Below are positions 63,913 through 64,000 of a DNA stretch of 64,000 bases, piece after piece. Location of the stretch: the NCBI RefSeq assembly GCF_964355755.1, contig NC_092673.1, forward strand, positions 6,882,001 through 6,946,000. Direction: 5' to 3'. How positions within the stretch are numbered: position 1 is the stretch's first letter; each line of letters opens with the position of its first letter. The notes under the pieces are model-generated. The model worked only from the letters and a program-made list of their open reading frames with translations. It searched no databases and was not told the DNA's origin. Source of the stretch: Antedon mediterranea. Lineage: Eukaryota > Animalia > Echinodermata. The translations under genes and the position numbers were made by a program.

Positions 63913-64000
63913 GTACTGTATAAGAAATTTTAATCAGATCTTAATGTTTGAACACAATAAATGACTGTAGTGTAACAGTTATTAATTTATTTCCAGATTC

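Overview
AT-rich, intron-rich animal genomic DNA (probably a deuterostome invertebrate such as an echinoderm; inferred from Deu-type SINE cores and gene content, not proven). Seven protein-coding genes were reconstructed by hand from GT-AG boundaries and reading phase: (1) the first two coding exons of an ODAD3/CCDC151 gene (- strand, continues off the left edge); (2) an uncharacterised 7-exon, ~420-aa gene head-to-head with it; (3) an intronless aminergic-type class A GPCR; (4) SWI5 (- strand, 5 exons); (5) a second class A GPCR nested antisense in SWI5 intron 1; (6) a complete, divergent second ODAD3/CCDC151 paralog (11 coding exons, ~536 aa) with X-box-like motifs upstream; (7) a secreted or surface YWTD beta-propeller + Thr-rich mucin gene that continues off the right edge. 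Repeats include a tandem and nested array of Helentron-type non-autonomous elements, MITEs and foldbacks, tRNA-derived SINEs, a decayed LINE and several minisatellites. The most notable observations are the two linked ODAD3 paralogs, the nested GPCR, a local duplication that copied the terminal exon of gene 2 beyond the first GPCR, and the propeller-mucin architecture without an EGF module. No CRISPR, rRNA or true tRNA is supported, and I found no evidence of a wholly new system.
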